From assembly GCA_963842945.1 (NCBI GenBank), contig CAWJIM010000024.1, positions 160,001 to 224,000 of the forward strand: a stretch of DNA of 64,000 nt, written 5' to 3'. This document shows positions 32,481 to 42,281 of this stretch, in pieces. Position 1 is the stretch's first letter; each line of letters starts with the position of its first letter. Origin of the DNA: an uncultured Gemmatimonadales bacterium (GTDB lineage: Bacteria; Gemmatimonadota; Gemmatimonadetes; Gemmatimonadales; GWC2-71-9). The notes under the pieces are model-generated. The model saw only the letters and a list, made by a program, of their open reading frames with translations, was not told the DNA's origin and did no database searches. Position numbers and translations under genes: made by a program.

Positions 32481-34699
32481 CGGTTGGTGCTCCCCGCTAT
32501 CTCCACGGACGGTGCCGACGACTGGGGAGCGATCCTCAGCCGCCAGAAAATCTCCCAGGTCGTACACTCCGTTTCGGTTCCCCGCAGCATCGAGAAATGC
32601 CGCCTCCTCCGGCCGCAGGTTCGCCGTGCCGAAGAGCGCGTCGGCGGCTCCGGTCAGCTGGACCTCCTGAACGGCGATGAAGTTCGCGGTGAGGTCGAAG
32701 GGGTGCCGCATGATCAGCGTCAGGGTGTCACTCGCCGCGGTGGTGTCGCCGCTCCAGCCCAGAAACACGGCCCCCGGTTGCGGAGTTCGCCCGGAGTGAC
32801 GCCTGCGAGCCCTCGGCCAGAAATACTCCGGTGCTGATATCTCCCCCGACCGGGGAGGTGATCGCGGCTCCGGTTGCACCCAGTACGCTGGTGCGCAGGC
32901 GATGAGCCGCTGCCACCTGAGCCACTACCGTGTCCGGCTCTTCCCCGATGGTGATGCTGTGGGTCCGCGCCCCTCCGTCACTCCAGGCCAGAAAATCGAA
33001 CTTGGTTCGGCCAGACTCATCGAGCTGGGTGGAGTCGACCGCGAGCTCGACCGTGCTTCCGGAACTGAAGAACTGGTCGATCCGCGACACCGCGGTGCCG
33101 TTGACTCGAATCTGGGCAGGAGGATGATCGGCAGCGAACACCGAGCGGTAAGCGATGTATCGGAACGCCATGCTTCCGCCCGGAGTGACCTGGGCAATAT
33201 GGTCGAGACAGAAGTGAGCGAAGACACCGTGGTTGTCGGTGACCGCGGGTCGGGTCGTGCGGCAGAGCGGATGTGTTCCCGGCCGAGCCGGGATAGCTAT
33301 CGCCGTTGTCTCCCCGATTCCCGCGACCGGCAAGCCCGAGATCGTTGCGGCCGTCGGCCTGCACCAGAGCCACACCATGCGTTGGCCCCGCGTTGACCCG
33401 GTTGTCCTGGTCGAACCCATGCTGGTCGATCTGGCCCTGATCGATATGCCAGACCAGCAATCCGGGCGACTTCTGGCGCAGCCCAAAGGCGGAGTTCATC
33501 TGCGCGGTATCGCTCTCCTGGGCCTGCCGGTTCTCCAGAAGGTAGAACTCATCGGTGCCGGGCACCGGGAAGTACAGGACGGTGTCGGAGCTCGCTACCG
33601 GTCCCAGCACCATGTCCCGGCCGGAAGCCAGCGTATCAACGGCAGACCCAGCCCATCTCGAACAGTGACCAGGCCTCGTACCGCGATGGGCTGTAGGGGC
33701 GAGCATAATTGCCGCTGCCCATCAGCCCCCACTCCCCGATTCCCTGGGTGGCGAGTGAGCTGTTCAGCTCGGTGTCGTACAGATCGGGCAGGCCGAAGGT
33801 GTGCCCGGTCTCGTGGGCTACCGTCCCGATTGGCATGGGTGCCAGCACGTCGCAGGCGGTGGTGCCTCCGAGCGCGCTCTGCATGATGTAGTCGTCAACC
33901 TTGAGAAACTCGCCCGGGTGGCCGGTCCACGGTGTGCGCGTGACATAAGGAGAGCCTCCGTTCCACGCCCGAATGATGAAACGGTGAGCCCAGATATGGG
34001 GAGAGCCGGGACAGGCTCCGTCCTGATCCGCTTGCAGGAAGGTGACGAAATCGACGAAGCCGTCGTCATCACCCGAGTTGGGCTGGCCGTCGGGTCCATC
34101 GTTATCGAACTGGCCCCACATGTTCGCGGTGCCGGTGGGGAGGGACACCTTGTCCAGCGCGCCGATCAGCAGTTCGCCATTCGGCTGACGGCTCGCGACG
34201 GACAGGGCGCGAGCACACCGATCCCGTTGCAGCCATCTTCATAGTACGTGTCCGTCGTGTCCGATATCACCCAGGGAAACACTCGGCCTTCCACGGTGAG
34301 GTTGCCGTTGGAGAGCTGTTCGTAGAAGGACTTGAGGCTGTAGGGACTGCCCGGGCGGAAGGGAGCTGAAGAACAGCTCCTCATACCGACTCGTTGGATA
34401 GGGCGCCGGTACGTTCTTGAAGGCAATCGGAATGACCGGGATGATGATCCGGCCACTGACTCGGGCGGCACCAAAGGCAGATGGGCGCGGCGAGATTCAG
34501 GGCGGCGATGGAGCCGGCGCGAAGCGAGCCGGTGACGGGCCGTACGGACAGCCGTCACCCGCTTCCGCCAGGCGCCATCCCGGCGAAAGTCAAAGCCGCG
34601 AACTTCGAACTGACCTCTCTGAGCACGAGGGAATTGCGCCTGAAGGGGACCCGGGGCGAGCAGCACCATCGCGCACGCCGCCGTCACCCAGCGAGACAC
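32477..34699 (-). CDS. M6-family (immune inhibitor A-like) secreted zinc metalloprotease (multiple frameshifts)
   Basis: Signal ...LQAQ, SLKSFYEQLSNG, FDNDGPDGQPNSGDDDGFVD, AHETGHTFGLPDLYD, WGLMGSG, YLLENRQ, GLLVWHID. Confidence 0.85.
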
Positions 34700-34905
34700 A
34701 CCGAGCAACAAGCTGCACCTGTGGTTGGGACCGGGCAAAAGTAACCTGGTGTACCGCCCGGATCACAGGCGCGCGCCTCCGTTGCGCGGCTGCGAACCGC
34801 CCTGATCGGGGCGGCTTGTGCCGTCCCCCCCGGCAGCACTAGTTTAAGCCTTTCCTGGACATAGTGATGTGGGGATTACTCGACCTCCACTTGTGCCGAG
34901 GTACT

Positions 34906-36113
34906 GTGGATACACAAGAACTTCAGCAGGTCGCGCTATTCGAGAAATGCCGTCAATTCACGAAAGCGCGTGAATTGCAGGCCGTCGGGCTGTATCCGTA
35001 CTTCAATCCGATTTCCGAATCGGAGGACACCGTCGTGGTTATTGACGGTCAGAAGCGGATCATGCTCGGGTCGAACAACTACCTCGGCCTTACCCACCAT
35101 CCCGAAGGTCCTCGAGGCCGCTTCCCGCGCGCTCAGTCGCTACGGCTCAGGGTGCACCGGCAGCCGTTTCCTCAACGGAACTCTCGATCTCCACGAGCAG
35201 CTGGAGGGCGCCCTGGCCGAGTTCTTCGGCAAGGAAGCCTGCCTGGTCTTCTCGACCGGATACTCCGCCAATCTCGGTCTGATCTCCGGACTGGTGGGAC
35301 GGGGTGACGTGGTCTATCTCGACAAGCTGGACCATGCCTCGATCGTGGACGGTGCCAAGCTCTCCTACGGAGAGACCGAGCGATTCAATCACGGCGATCT
35401 GGCCAACCTCGAGCGCCGGATGGAGCGGAACGGCACCGGACGCGGCGCCATGATCATCGTGGACGGCGTGTACTCCATGGAGGGCAACATCGCCGACGTT
35501 CCGGGGCTCTCGCGGATAGCGCGGAAGCATGGTGCCGCGCTGGCGCTGGACGATGCCCACGCGCTCGGCGTGCTCGGCCCCAACGGCGACGGCACCGCGG
35601 CGCACTTCGGGATGACCGAGGACGTGGATATCATCGCGGGGACGTTCTCCAAGTCACTGGCCTCGATCGGCGGCTTCGTCGCCGCCTCGGACAACGTCAT
35701 GCATTATCTCCGCCATCACAGCCGGCCGCTGATCTTCACCGCCTCGCTTCCCCCGGCCAATACCGCCGGTGTGCTGGCCGCCCTCGAGGTGCTCCAGCGG
35801 GAGCCCGAGCGGCGCGATCGGCTGTGGGCCAACACCCGGCGGCTGCAGGACGGGTTCCGGGAGCTCGGCTTCGACATCGGCCCCACCGAAACGCCGATCG
35901 TTCCGGTTCTCATCGGTCCGCTGGAGAGAGACCTTCCTCATGTGGCGCCGGCTGTTTGATGCGGGCGTGTTTACCAATCCGGTCGCGCCTCCCGCAGTAC
36001 CGCCGTCCCAGTGCCGGCTGCGTACCAGTCTCATGGCAACCCACACCTTCGAGCAGATCGACTTTGCCCTGGAGCAGTTCGCGGTGATCGGCAGGGACCT
36101 GGGGGTCATTTGA
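34906..36113 (+). CDS. spt: Alpha-oxoamine synthase, probable serine palmitoyltransferase (frameshifted)
   Basis: [61 protein letters not shown]; followed by GNAT and SDR genes. Confidence 0.78.
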
Positions 36114-37246
36114 CCGATCGCCTTCGCGTCCAAGCGGCGCGCGAAGGGCGGGATCTTCATCACTTCATCGATCTGCCATACCGACTGCACGCGCGGGACC
36201 CTCTCTGGGTCCCGCCTTTGCGTCGGGACGTCGCGACGCTCCTCTCCCGCACCAAGAATCCCTTCTTCGAGCACGCCGAAGCCGAGTACTTCATCGCGCT
36301 GCGGGGTAATGAGGTGGTGGGCCGTATTGCGGCCATCAGTAACCGTCTGCACAACGAGACCCATGGCGACCGGGTGGGCTTCTTCGGCTTCTTCGAGTGC
36401 ATCGATGATCAGGATGTCGCCAACGCACTCCTGAGCACTGCCGCGGACTGGTGCCGCGCAAGAGGCCATGACGTGATTCGAGGGCCTGCGTCGTTCTCGG
36501 TGAACGATGAGTGCGGTCTTCTGGTGGACGGGTTCGAGACCCCGCCTACCCTGATGATGCCCCACAACCCCCGCTATTACATCCGGCTGCTGGAACAGGC
36601 CGGCTTCGCCAAGGCGAAGGACCTGTGGGTATACCAGGGCGGAAGCATGGAGAGCTACGTGCCGGTACCGGAGCGGCTGACCCGGGCCACGGAGCTGATC
36701 CGGCAGCGGCACGGCATTACGCTGCGGCCACTGAACATGAAGGACTTCAAAGGCGAGGTGGAGCGGATCAAGGAGCTGTACAACGCCGCGTGGGAAAAGA
36801 ACTGGGGCTTCGTACCCATGACCGACCACGAGATCGACCACCTCGCCGAGCAGTTCAAGCCGGTGGTGATCCCGGAGCTGGTGCCGATGGCCGAGAAGGA
36901 TGGCAAGCTCATTGGTTTCGGAATCGCGCTTCCCGATCTCAACGTGGTCTTCCGCAACAACCGCTCGGGCCGGCTGTTCCCGATAATCTTTCGGCTGCTC
37001 TGGGCCCTCAAGATGAAGCGGATCCGGCGGGCGCGAATTCTCCTCCTCGGCGTGGCCCCGGCCCATCAGGGCAAGGGAATCGATGCGGTGCTGTACCATT
37101 GGATCTGGACCAAATCAGGAGAGCGGGGGATCTACTGGGGCGAAGCCGGCTGGATCCTGGAAGACAATCCGGCCATGAACGCCGGGTTGGAAAAGATGAC
37201 ATTCAGGGTTTACAAGACGTACCGGCTCTACGACCGCCGGCTATGA
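36110..37246 (+). CDS. GNAT-fold N-acyltransferase, probable bacterial ceramide synthase
   Basis: FIDLPYRLH..DPLWVPPL, VGRIAAI, GFFGFFEC, MMPHNPRYY, YNAAWEKNWGFVP, WILEDN, YKTYRLY; TTGA overlap with spt. Confidence 0.75.
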   Translation: MTDRLRVQAAREGRDLHHFIDLPYRLHARDPLWVPPLRRDVATLLSRTKNPFFEHAEAEYFIALRGNEVVGRIAAISNRLHNETHGDRVGFFGFFECIDDQDVANALLSTAADWCRARGHDVIRGPASFSVNDECGLLVDGFETPPTLMMPHNPRYYIRLLEQAGFAKAKDLWVYQGGSMESYVPVPERLTRATELIRQRHGITLRPLNMKDFKGEVERIKELYNAAWEKNWGFVPMTDHEIDHLAEQFKPVVIPELVPMAEKDGKLIGFGIALPDLNVVFRNNRSGRLFPIIFRLLWALKMKRIRRARILLLGVAPAHQGKGIDAVLYHWIWTKSGERGIYWGEAGWILEDNPAMNAGLEKMTFRVYKTYRLYDRRL

Positions 37247-38205
37247 GAGCGCTGGTTACCGGCGCCACCGGCTTCGTAGGGAGTCATCTGGTGGATGCCC
37301 TGCAGCGGCGTGGGGCAACAGTGACCGCTCTGGCCCGGTCTCCCGAAAAGGCGGCAGCCCTCGCCTCGCAGGGCGTTCGCGTCGCCGCCGGGCACCTCCA
37401 CGATGAGGCCGCCCTGGTTCAAGCCGCACGAGACCAGGATGTGGTGTATCATGTCGCCGGCATCGTGGCGGCCCGGAACGAGGCGGAGTTCCTCCGGGGC
37501 AATCGGGATGGCACCAGGCACATCGTTGCGGCCGCCGAATCGGCCGGGGCTCAGCGCTTCGTCTTCGTCTCGTCGCTGGCCGCGGGCGGCCCCTCGCCCC
37601 GCGGGTTGGCCCTGGACGGGAGCGAGCCTCCTCGGCCGGTGACCGCCTATGGCCGGAGCAAGTTGGCCAGCGAAGAGATTGTCCGATCCAGCCGGCTACA
37701 TTGGTCGATTGTCCGGCCTCCCATGGTCTACGGGCCAAGGGACCGAGAGGTGCTCAAGGTATTCCGCCTGGTGCGATATGGGATCGCTCCACTCTTCGGC
37801 GACGGAAGCCAGGAGCTCTCCGCGGTTCATGCCGCCGATCTTGCCAACGCCCTGGTTCTGGCTGCTGAGGCTCCGAAGGGCCGAACCTACGTGGCCTGCC
37901 ACCCCGAGGTTTTCACCAGCGCGGAGTTTGCTCGCGTGATCGCTCGCACCATGGAGCGATCGGTTACAACGCTGAGAGTCCCCCGGGTACTCGGGCGGGC
38001 GCTTCTCTCCGTTACCGAGGCATCGGCGCGGCTCACCGGCCAAACCACCATCCTGACGGCCGACAAGGCCAATGAGTTCTTTCAGGCGGCGTGGACCGGA
38101 AACCCAACACCGTTGATCAGCGACACTGGTTGGCAGCCGACGTATAACCTTCAGGCCGGCCTGGCCGACACCTACCGCTGGTATCGAAAGGCAGGATGGC
38201 TTTAG
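37243..38205 (+). CDS. Extended SDR/NAD-dependent epimerase family, probable ceramide reductase
   Basis: LVTGATGFVG, HVAG, VSSLAA, YGRSK, RPPMVYGP; ATGA overlap with the GNAT gene. Confidence 0.72.
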   Translation: MRALVTGATGFVGSHLVDALQRRGATVTALARSPEKAAALASQGVRVAAGHLHDEAALVQAARDQDVVYHVAGIVAARNEAEFLRGNRDGTRHIVAAAESAGAQRFVFVSSLAAGGPSPRGLALDGSEPPRPVTAYGRSKLASEEIVRSSRLHWSIVRPPMVYGPRDREVLKVFRLVRYGIAPLFGDGSQELSAVHAADLANALVLAAEAPKGRTYVACHPEVFTSAEFARVIARTMERSVTTLRVPRVLGRALLSVTEASARLTGQTTILTADKANEFFQAAWTGNPTPLISDTGWQPTYNLQAGLADTYRWYRKAGWL

Positions 38206-39083
38206 CTCCACCGATGACTGCAGCCGAGACGGTCCTTTCCCCCACCTCATTGCGAGCCATAGACTGGTTGCTGCTGGCGTACCTGGGGATCGTTTCAGTT
38301 GTCGCCGGTCTTCGCGCATCGACCCAGCCCGAATGCTGGTGGCTCCTGGTGGCGCACGTCCTGTTTGTCGTGTTCCTGGTCTTCCTGACCCGGCCGGGAC
38401 AGGGCGTTGTCGGGAGGAGCTTTCGCGAGTTGTACCCGCTGTTTCTGCTTCCGGCGCTATACAGCGAGCTCGGCATTCTCAACGCTCCTTCAGTTCTGGT
38501 GCATGATCGGCTGGTGCAGCACTGGGAGCTACTGGTCTTCGGAATGCAGGTGAGCCGGGAGTGGTGGCAACGCGCACCCAGCCGCTTCTGGTCAGCTGTG
38601 CTGCACACTGCCTACCTGTCTTACTACGTCATCATCGCTGCTCCGGCTCTGTACTTCGCCTGGAAGGGAGATCTCCCGGCGGTCCGCCGATTCGTGCTGG
38701 TGGTGATGACCACCTTTGTGCTCTGCTATCTGATCTTCATCTTCTTTCCTGTCGCAGGGCCTTACTACATGTTCCCCCGCCCTGCCGCCTGGTTCACCGA
38801 CAATCCACCGGCTCGGCTGGTCTATGACGCCCTGGCCAAGGGGAGCTCCTATGGGGCGGCGTTTCCCTCGTCTCATGTGGCGGCTTCCCTGGCGGCGACA
38901 CTCTCCGCCGGGCGCACCTCACGGAAACTCGGGTGGCTGCTCGCGGTGCCTACGCTGCTGCTGACCGTTGGAGTGGTCTACTGCCAGATGCATTACGGAG
39001 TAGATGCCCTGGCGGGTCTGGTGATGGGCGCCGTTATAACCGGAGCCGTCCTCCATAAAGCAGCGACCCTCCGGTTCCAATGA
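38196..39083 (+). CDS. PAP2-family membrane protein, Aur1/IPC-synthase-like
   Basis: Multi-TM; motifs FFPVAGP, AFPSSHV, HYGVD. Confidence 0.72.
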   Translation: MALAPPMTAAETVLSPTSLRAIDWLLLAYLGIVSVVAGLRASTQPECWWLLVAHVLFVVFLVFLTRPGQGVVGRSFRELYPLFLLPALYSELGILNAPSVLVHDRLVQHWELLVFGMQVSREWWQRAPSRFWSAVLHTAYLSYYVIIAAPALYFAWKGDLPAVRRFVLVVMTTFVLCYLIFIFFPVAGPYYMFPRPAAWFTDNPPARLVYDALAKGSSYGAAFPSSHVAASLAATLSAGRTSRKLGWLLAVPTLLLTVGVVYCQMHYGVDALAGLVMGAVITGAVLHKAATLRFQ

Positions 39084-39097
39084 ACCAGAGGGTCGCT
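39062..39097. terminator. Hairpin between convergent genes
   Basis: AGCGACCCTCCGGTTC...GAACCAGAGGGTCGCT inverted repeat spanning the PAP2 stop codon. Confidence 0.55.
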
Positions 39098-39124
39098 TAC
39101 GCCCTTCCGGGCCGCTGACAGTCC

Positions 39125-39634
39125 TTACTGAACGGTCAGCTTGGCCTTCATGCCCAAGGCAAGATGGGGCAGGCAGTAGAACTTGTACTCGCCCTTGGGT
39201 GCACCGGCAAAGTTGATTTCATACACCGCATCCACCTCGGTCTCGAGCGGACTCTGCAGGGGGGCCATCTGATTGGGCATGTTCTTCGTCAGGACGGCCG
39301 AAGCTCCGCTGGGAATGCTGTCGGGCCAAAAGGAAACGTTATGGGGCCCGCCGCTCTTGTTGTGGAACCGAACGACGTCGCCCGCCTTGATCGTCAGTGT
39401 TGCTGGATCGAACTTGTACGACGATCCCTCGAGCACCATGTTGACGTCGTGGGTCTTTCCGGTGCCGGCCGGAGCATTGGCTGCCGGGGCATTGGCTGCC
39501 GGCGCCGCCGAGCTGTCCGCCGGAGCAGACTGCTGCTCGGGAGCCGCCGTCGCCCCCTGATCTTCGGTCTTCTTTTCGCCGCCGCAGGCCGCCAAGACCA
39601 AAGTCAGCCCCGCCACCATCGAAGTAATCCGCAT
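39125..39634 (-). CDS. Plastocyanin/auracyanin-like blue copper lipoprotein
   Basis: VLAAC lipobox, Ala/Pro linker, FDPATLTIKAGD, GPHNV, YKFYCLPHLALGM (H, C, H, M ligands). Confidence 0.9.
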   Translation of the reverse strand: MRITSMVAGLTLVLAACGGEKKTEDQGATAAPEQQSAPADSSAAPAANAPAANAPAGTGKTHDVNMVLEGSSYKFDPATLTIKAGDVVRFHNKSGGPHNVSFWPDSIPSGASAVLTKNMPNQMAPLQSPLETEVDAVYEINFAGAPKGEYKFYCLPHLALGMKAKLTVQ

Positions 39635-39672
39635 GTTGCCGCTCCGCCTCCAGAACATTGAGTAAATCGACT

Positions 39673-39690
39673 TTGTGAACCCATTCACTA
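39673..39690. promoter_or_regulatory. Rex-like operator
   Basis: TTGTGAA-CCCA-TTCACTA; one mismatch to the TTGTGAA-N4-TTCACAA consensus; in the divergent promoter region. Confidence 0.6.
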
Positions 39691-39736
39691 TAAGCGGGGG
39701 CGGTGCAAACGGAAGTGGGTCAGGATAGCTTTTTGC

Positions 39737-40534
39737 ATGCCTCCCGCTCTCCCAACCCTGCAACACCGCCGCTCCGGCGCCCCCCCTCCTTGCCGGAGCC
39801 TCGGCTCCCAGTGCCGGGGAATCCCGGTCACCCTGCGGGTCGGTGCGCTGGAAGAGGGAAACCGGTCGCTCGATCATGAAGCCACCTGGCTGATCGGGCA
39901 CACCCAGCGCATCAGCTTTTACGACCTGTGGGAGGACGAAGGGGAGTTGTACGTCGACGCGATGCTCCACGTTCCCTGCCGCTACCTCCAAGCCGCCGGC
40001 AATAGCGCTCGCTGCGCGGCGCACGGCTTTGCCGGCCCGAACCCACGAGGGCCCCACAAGCCGAGCCAGCCTCGCCAGCTGGGCGGCGACGGGTTCGTGG
40101 TGGTGGAGAACCGTCGGGAGACGGCTCGCCGCCTGTCTGCCCCGCCCCGGCGGCTACCGGTGCTCACCAGCGGTAACCCCTGCGCTCTGGCCGCCTGCCG
40201 GACGGCAGACAACCTGCGGGGGGCGGCCTGCTGCCGGGACCTCCAGATCGAGATCATGTGCACCAAACGGCAGCACAAACTGGAGGCCCTGGTGCGGTCG
40301 CGCCGGTCGCCGTATCTCTGCAAGGTGGAACGTGCGGGCGACTACTCGATCGAGGCGGAGATGATCTCGGCCTGCGGGTATCTGGACGACGATGGAATCG
40401 GCTGTACCCTGCACGACCGCCGTCGAGCGGACGGCCGCCCGGCCAAGCCCGACCTGTGCAGCGAGTGGCCCCCGAAGAAACACACGCTGCACCCGGGCTG
40501 TGTTTTTGCCCGCCGCGGTATGCGCCCGGCATGA
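39737..40534 (+). CDS. Cys-rich protein, YkgJ/CxxCxxCC-like metal-binding domain
   Basis: PCRYL...CAAH; CALAAC...AACCRDL; CGYLDDDGIGCTLH; KPDLCSEWP...HPGC. Confidence 0.55.
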   Translation: MPPALPTLQHRRSGAPPPCRSLGSQCRGIPVTLRVGALEEGNRSLDHEATWLIGHTQRISFYDLWEDEGELYVDAMLHVPCRYLQAAGNSARCAAHGFAGPNPRGPHKPSQPRQLGGDGFVVVENRRETARRLSAPPRRLPVLTSGNPCALAACRTADNLRGAACCRDLQIEIMCTKRQHKLEALVRSRRSPYLCKVERAGDYSIEAEMISACGYLDDDGIGCTLHDRRRADGRPAKPDLCSEWPPKKHTLHPGCVFARRGMRPA

Positions 40535-40621
40535 CGATGTTGTGCAATTTCCCTCAAGTCGGCCGTCCTCATGGGCGACCCGGCGGAAGTAGCCCGGCCC
40601 GGTGTCCCTGGAGCGCCAGTC

Positions 40622-41137
40622 ATGGATGAGCTCGAGCAGCTGTACCAGACCACCTACACGGCGGTGGTGCGCTTCCTTTACCGAAAGGTGTGGGACGCGG
40701 AGCGAGCCGAGGATCTGGCACAGGAAGTGTTCGTGCGTGCGCTGGCTCACCGACCGGAGAAGCCTCGCGCATGGGTGTTTGCGGTGGCGGCCAACCTGGC
40801 CCGGGACGAGGCTCGGGCGGCCGTGCGGAGAAAGCGGCACCTGACACTGCTCAAGGCCGATCCGGTCGCCCAACCCACGATAGAGCCGGCGGCAGATACG
40901 ATGGTCGAGCATGACGAGAGGATGGCTGCGGTACAGGAGGCACTCAGCACCCTGACCCCGAGGGATCGGGAGATCCTGCTGCTGTGGGACGCGGGGCTCA
41001 GTTACCCGGAGATCGCGGGGCAGACGGGGCTGGCTCTAGGCGCGGTGGGCACAACACTGGCTCGGGCGCGGCGGCGTCTGGTGGAAGCACATGACCGGCA
41101 GCATGCAACCAAAGGCGGCCATGCGGCACATTCCTGA
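40622..41137 (+). CDS. ECF sigma-70 factor
   Basis: AEDLAQEVF, AWVFAVAANLARD, LSYPEIA...VGTTLARARRRL. Confidence 0.9.
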   Translation: MDELEQLYQTTYTAVVRFLYRKVWDAERAEDLAQEVFVRALAHRPEKPRAWVFAVAANLARDEARAAVRRKRHLTLLKADPVAQPTIEPAADTMVEHDERMAAVQEALSTLTPRDREILLLWDAGLSYPEIAGQTGLALGAVGTTLARARRRLVEAHDRQHATKGGHAAHS

Positions 41138-42138
41138 GGACGAGCTCCACGCCTATCTGGACCAGGGGCTCAGTCGTTCCCAGTGTGTGGAAATCGAAAG
41201 CCACCTGGCCGCTTGCCCCGCCTGCCAGGCAGAGCGCGACAGCATTGCCGCCCTCCGCGACCGCACCACCGCCTTGCTGGCCAAGCTGGCGCCACCCCGG
41301 GGCTTCCCCCCCGCGTTCGAGACCCTGCAGCGCCGGGCCCAGGCCCAAGCCTCCGCGCACCGCCGGCGGATGCAGATCGGCGCCTGGGCGGCAAGCCTGG
41401 TAGTTGCCGTTGGGCTCGGCTGGACCGCGAACTATTTGACTATGAAGCCTCAAACTCCGGTCCCAGTTTCTATTCCTGCCAGCAGCCCCTCCGTCGCTTC
41501 CGTACCCCGAACTCCTCTCCCCAGCACCCCCGTCGCCACCCGCGCTGTCCTCCGTCAGACTCGCAAGAGCCCGCTACGCTCGGGTGAGGCGGCCCAGGGG
41601 CGTCCGACGGCAAAGCCGGTGAGCCCGGTCGCGGTGGTCGAGTCGCTCCCGCCGGTGGTGCCGGCACCCACGCTGGAGCTGACCTCGGTCGACATCCCGC
41701 GGTCGCGAGCCCGAGCTGGATGGCATGTGGCGCACGCTGTCCTGGGATGGCGCCCAGGCCGAAGCCGGTGACCAGGTCCCCCACATCGACGGCCTGCCGG
41801 TGGTGCAGGTGCAGCTCCAGGCCGTGGAGCAGGGCAAGCAGCCGCTGATGGTGGTGGCTCAGCAGCTGTCCTCCGGAGAAGTCATTCGCACGATCGAAGG
41901 CCCCATGAGCGATGTGTCCCACCTGCTGGCGGGCCACAGCATATCCAACCCCGACTCGACGGCCCGATCGGTGATCGCCGGAGCGGACTCAAGCCGGCCC
42001 GCGCTGGGGCCAGATCACACCGACCGCACCATGGCCATGCAGCGGGGCGACCGCATGCTGGTGATCACGGGGGCGCTCCCGTCGGACAGCCTGCTGGCGA
42101 TGATTCGGAGGTTGAACGCGGAGATGCGTAGTAAATAA
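41121..42138 (+). CDS. Zinc-binding (zf-HC2) transmembrane anti-sigma factor (frameshift near 41710)
   Basis: LHAYLD, HLAACPAC (HxxxCxxC), TM WAASLVVAVGLGW; overlaps the sigma gene. Confidence 0.82.
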
Positions 42139-42141
42139 GAA

Positions 42142-42275
42142 AGCGTGAGCGGGAACAAGAACAGCGTGAGCGGTAAGCGGGAATTCCTCAAACAAAGACC
42201 CTCCGGTGTCAATGACGCCGGAGGGTCGCTATTGCGATCCCGCTCACCGCTCACGTTGGTCTTCCCGCTCACGCT
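42142..42275. terminator. Long nested inverted repeat, probable bidirectional terminator
   Basis: AGCGTGAGCGG repeats paired with CCGCTCACG repeats around a core hairpin GACCCTCCGGTGTC-AAT-GACGCCGGAGGGTC; between convergent genes. Confidence 0.65.
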
Positions 42276-42281
42276 GTTGAT

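Noticed and set aside
34906..36113. bioF or kbl assignment
   Set aside because: No bio or tdh genes adjacent; the GNAT + SDR context favours Spt, though this is unproven.
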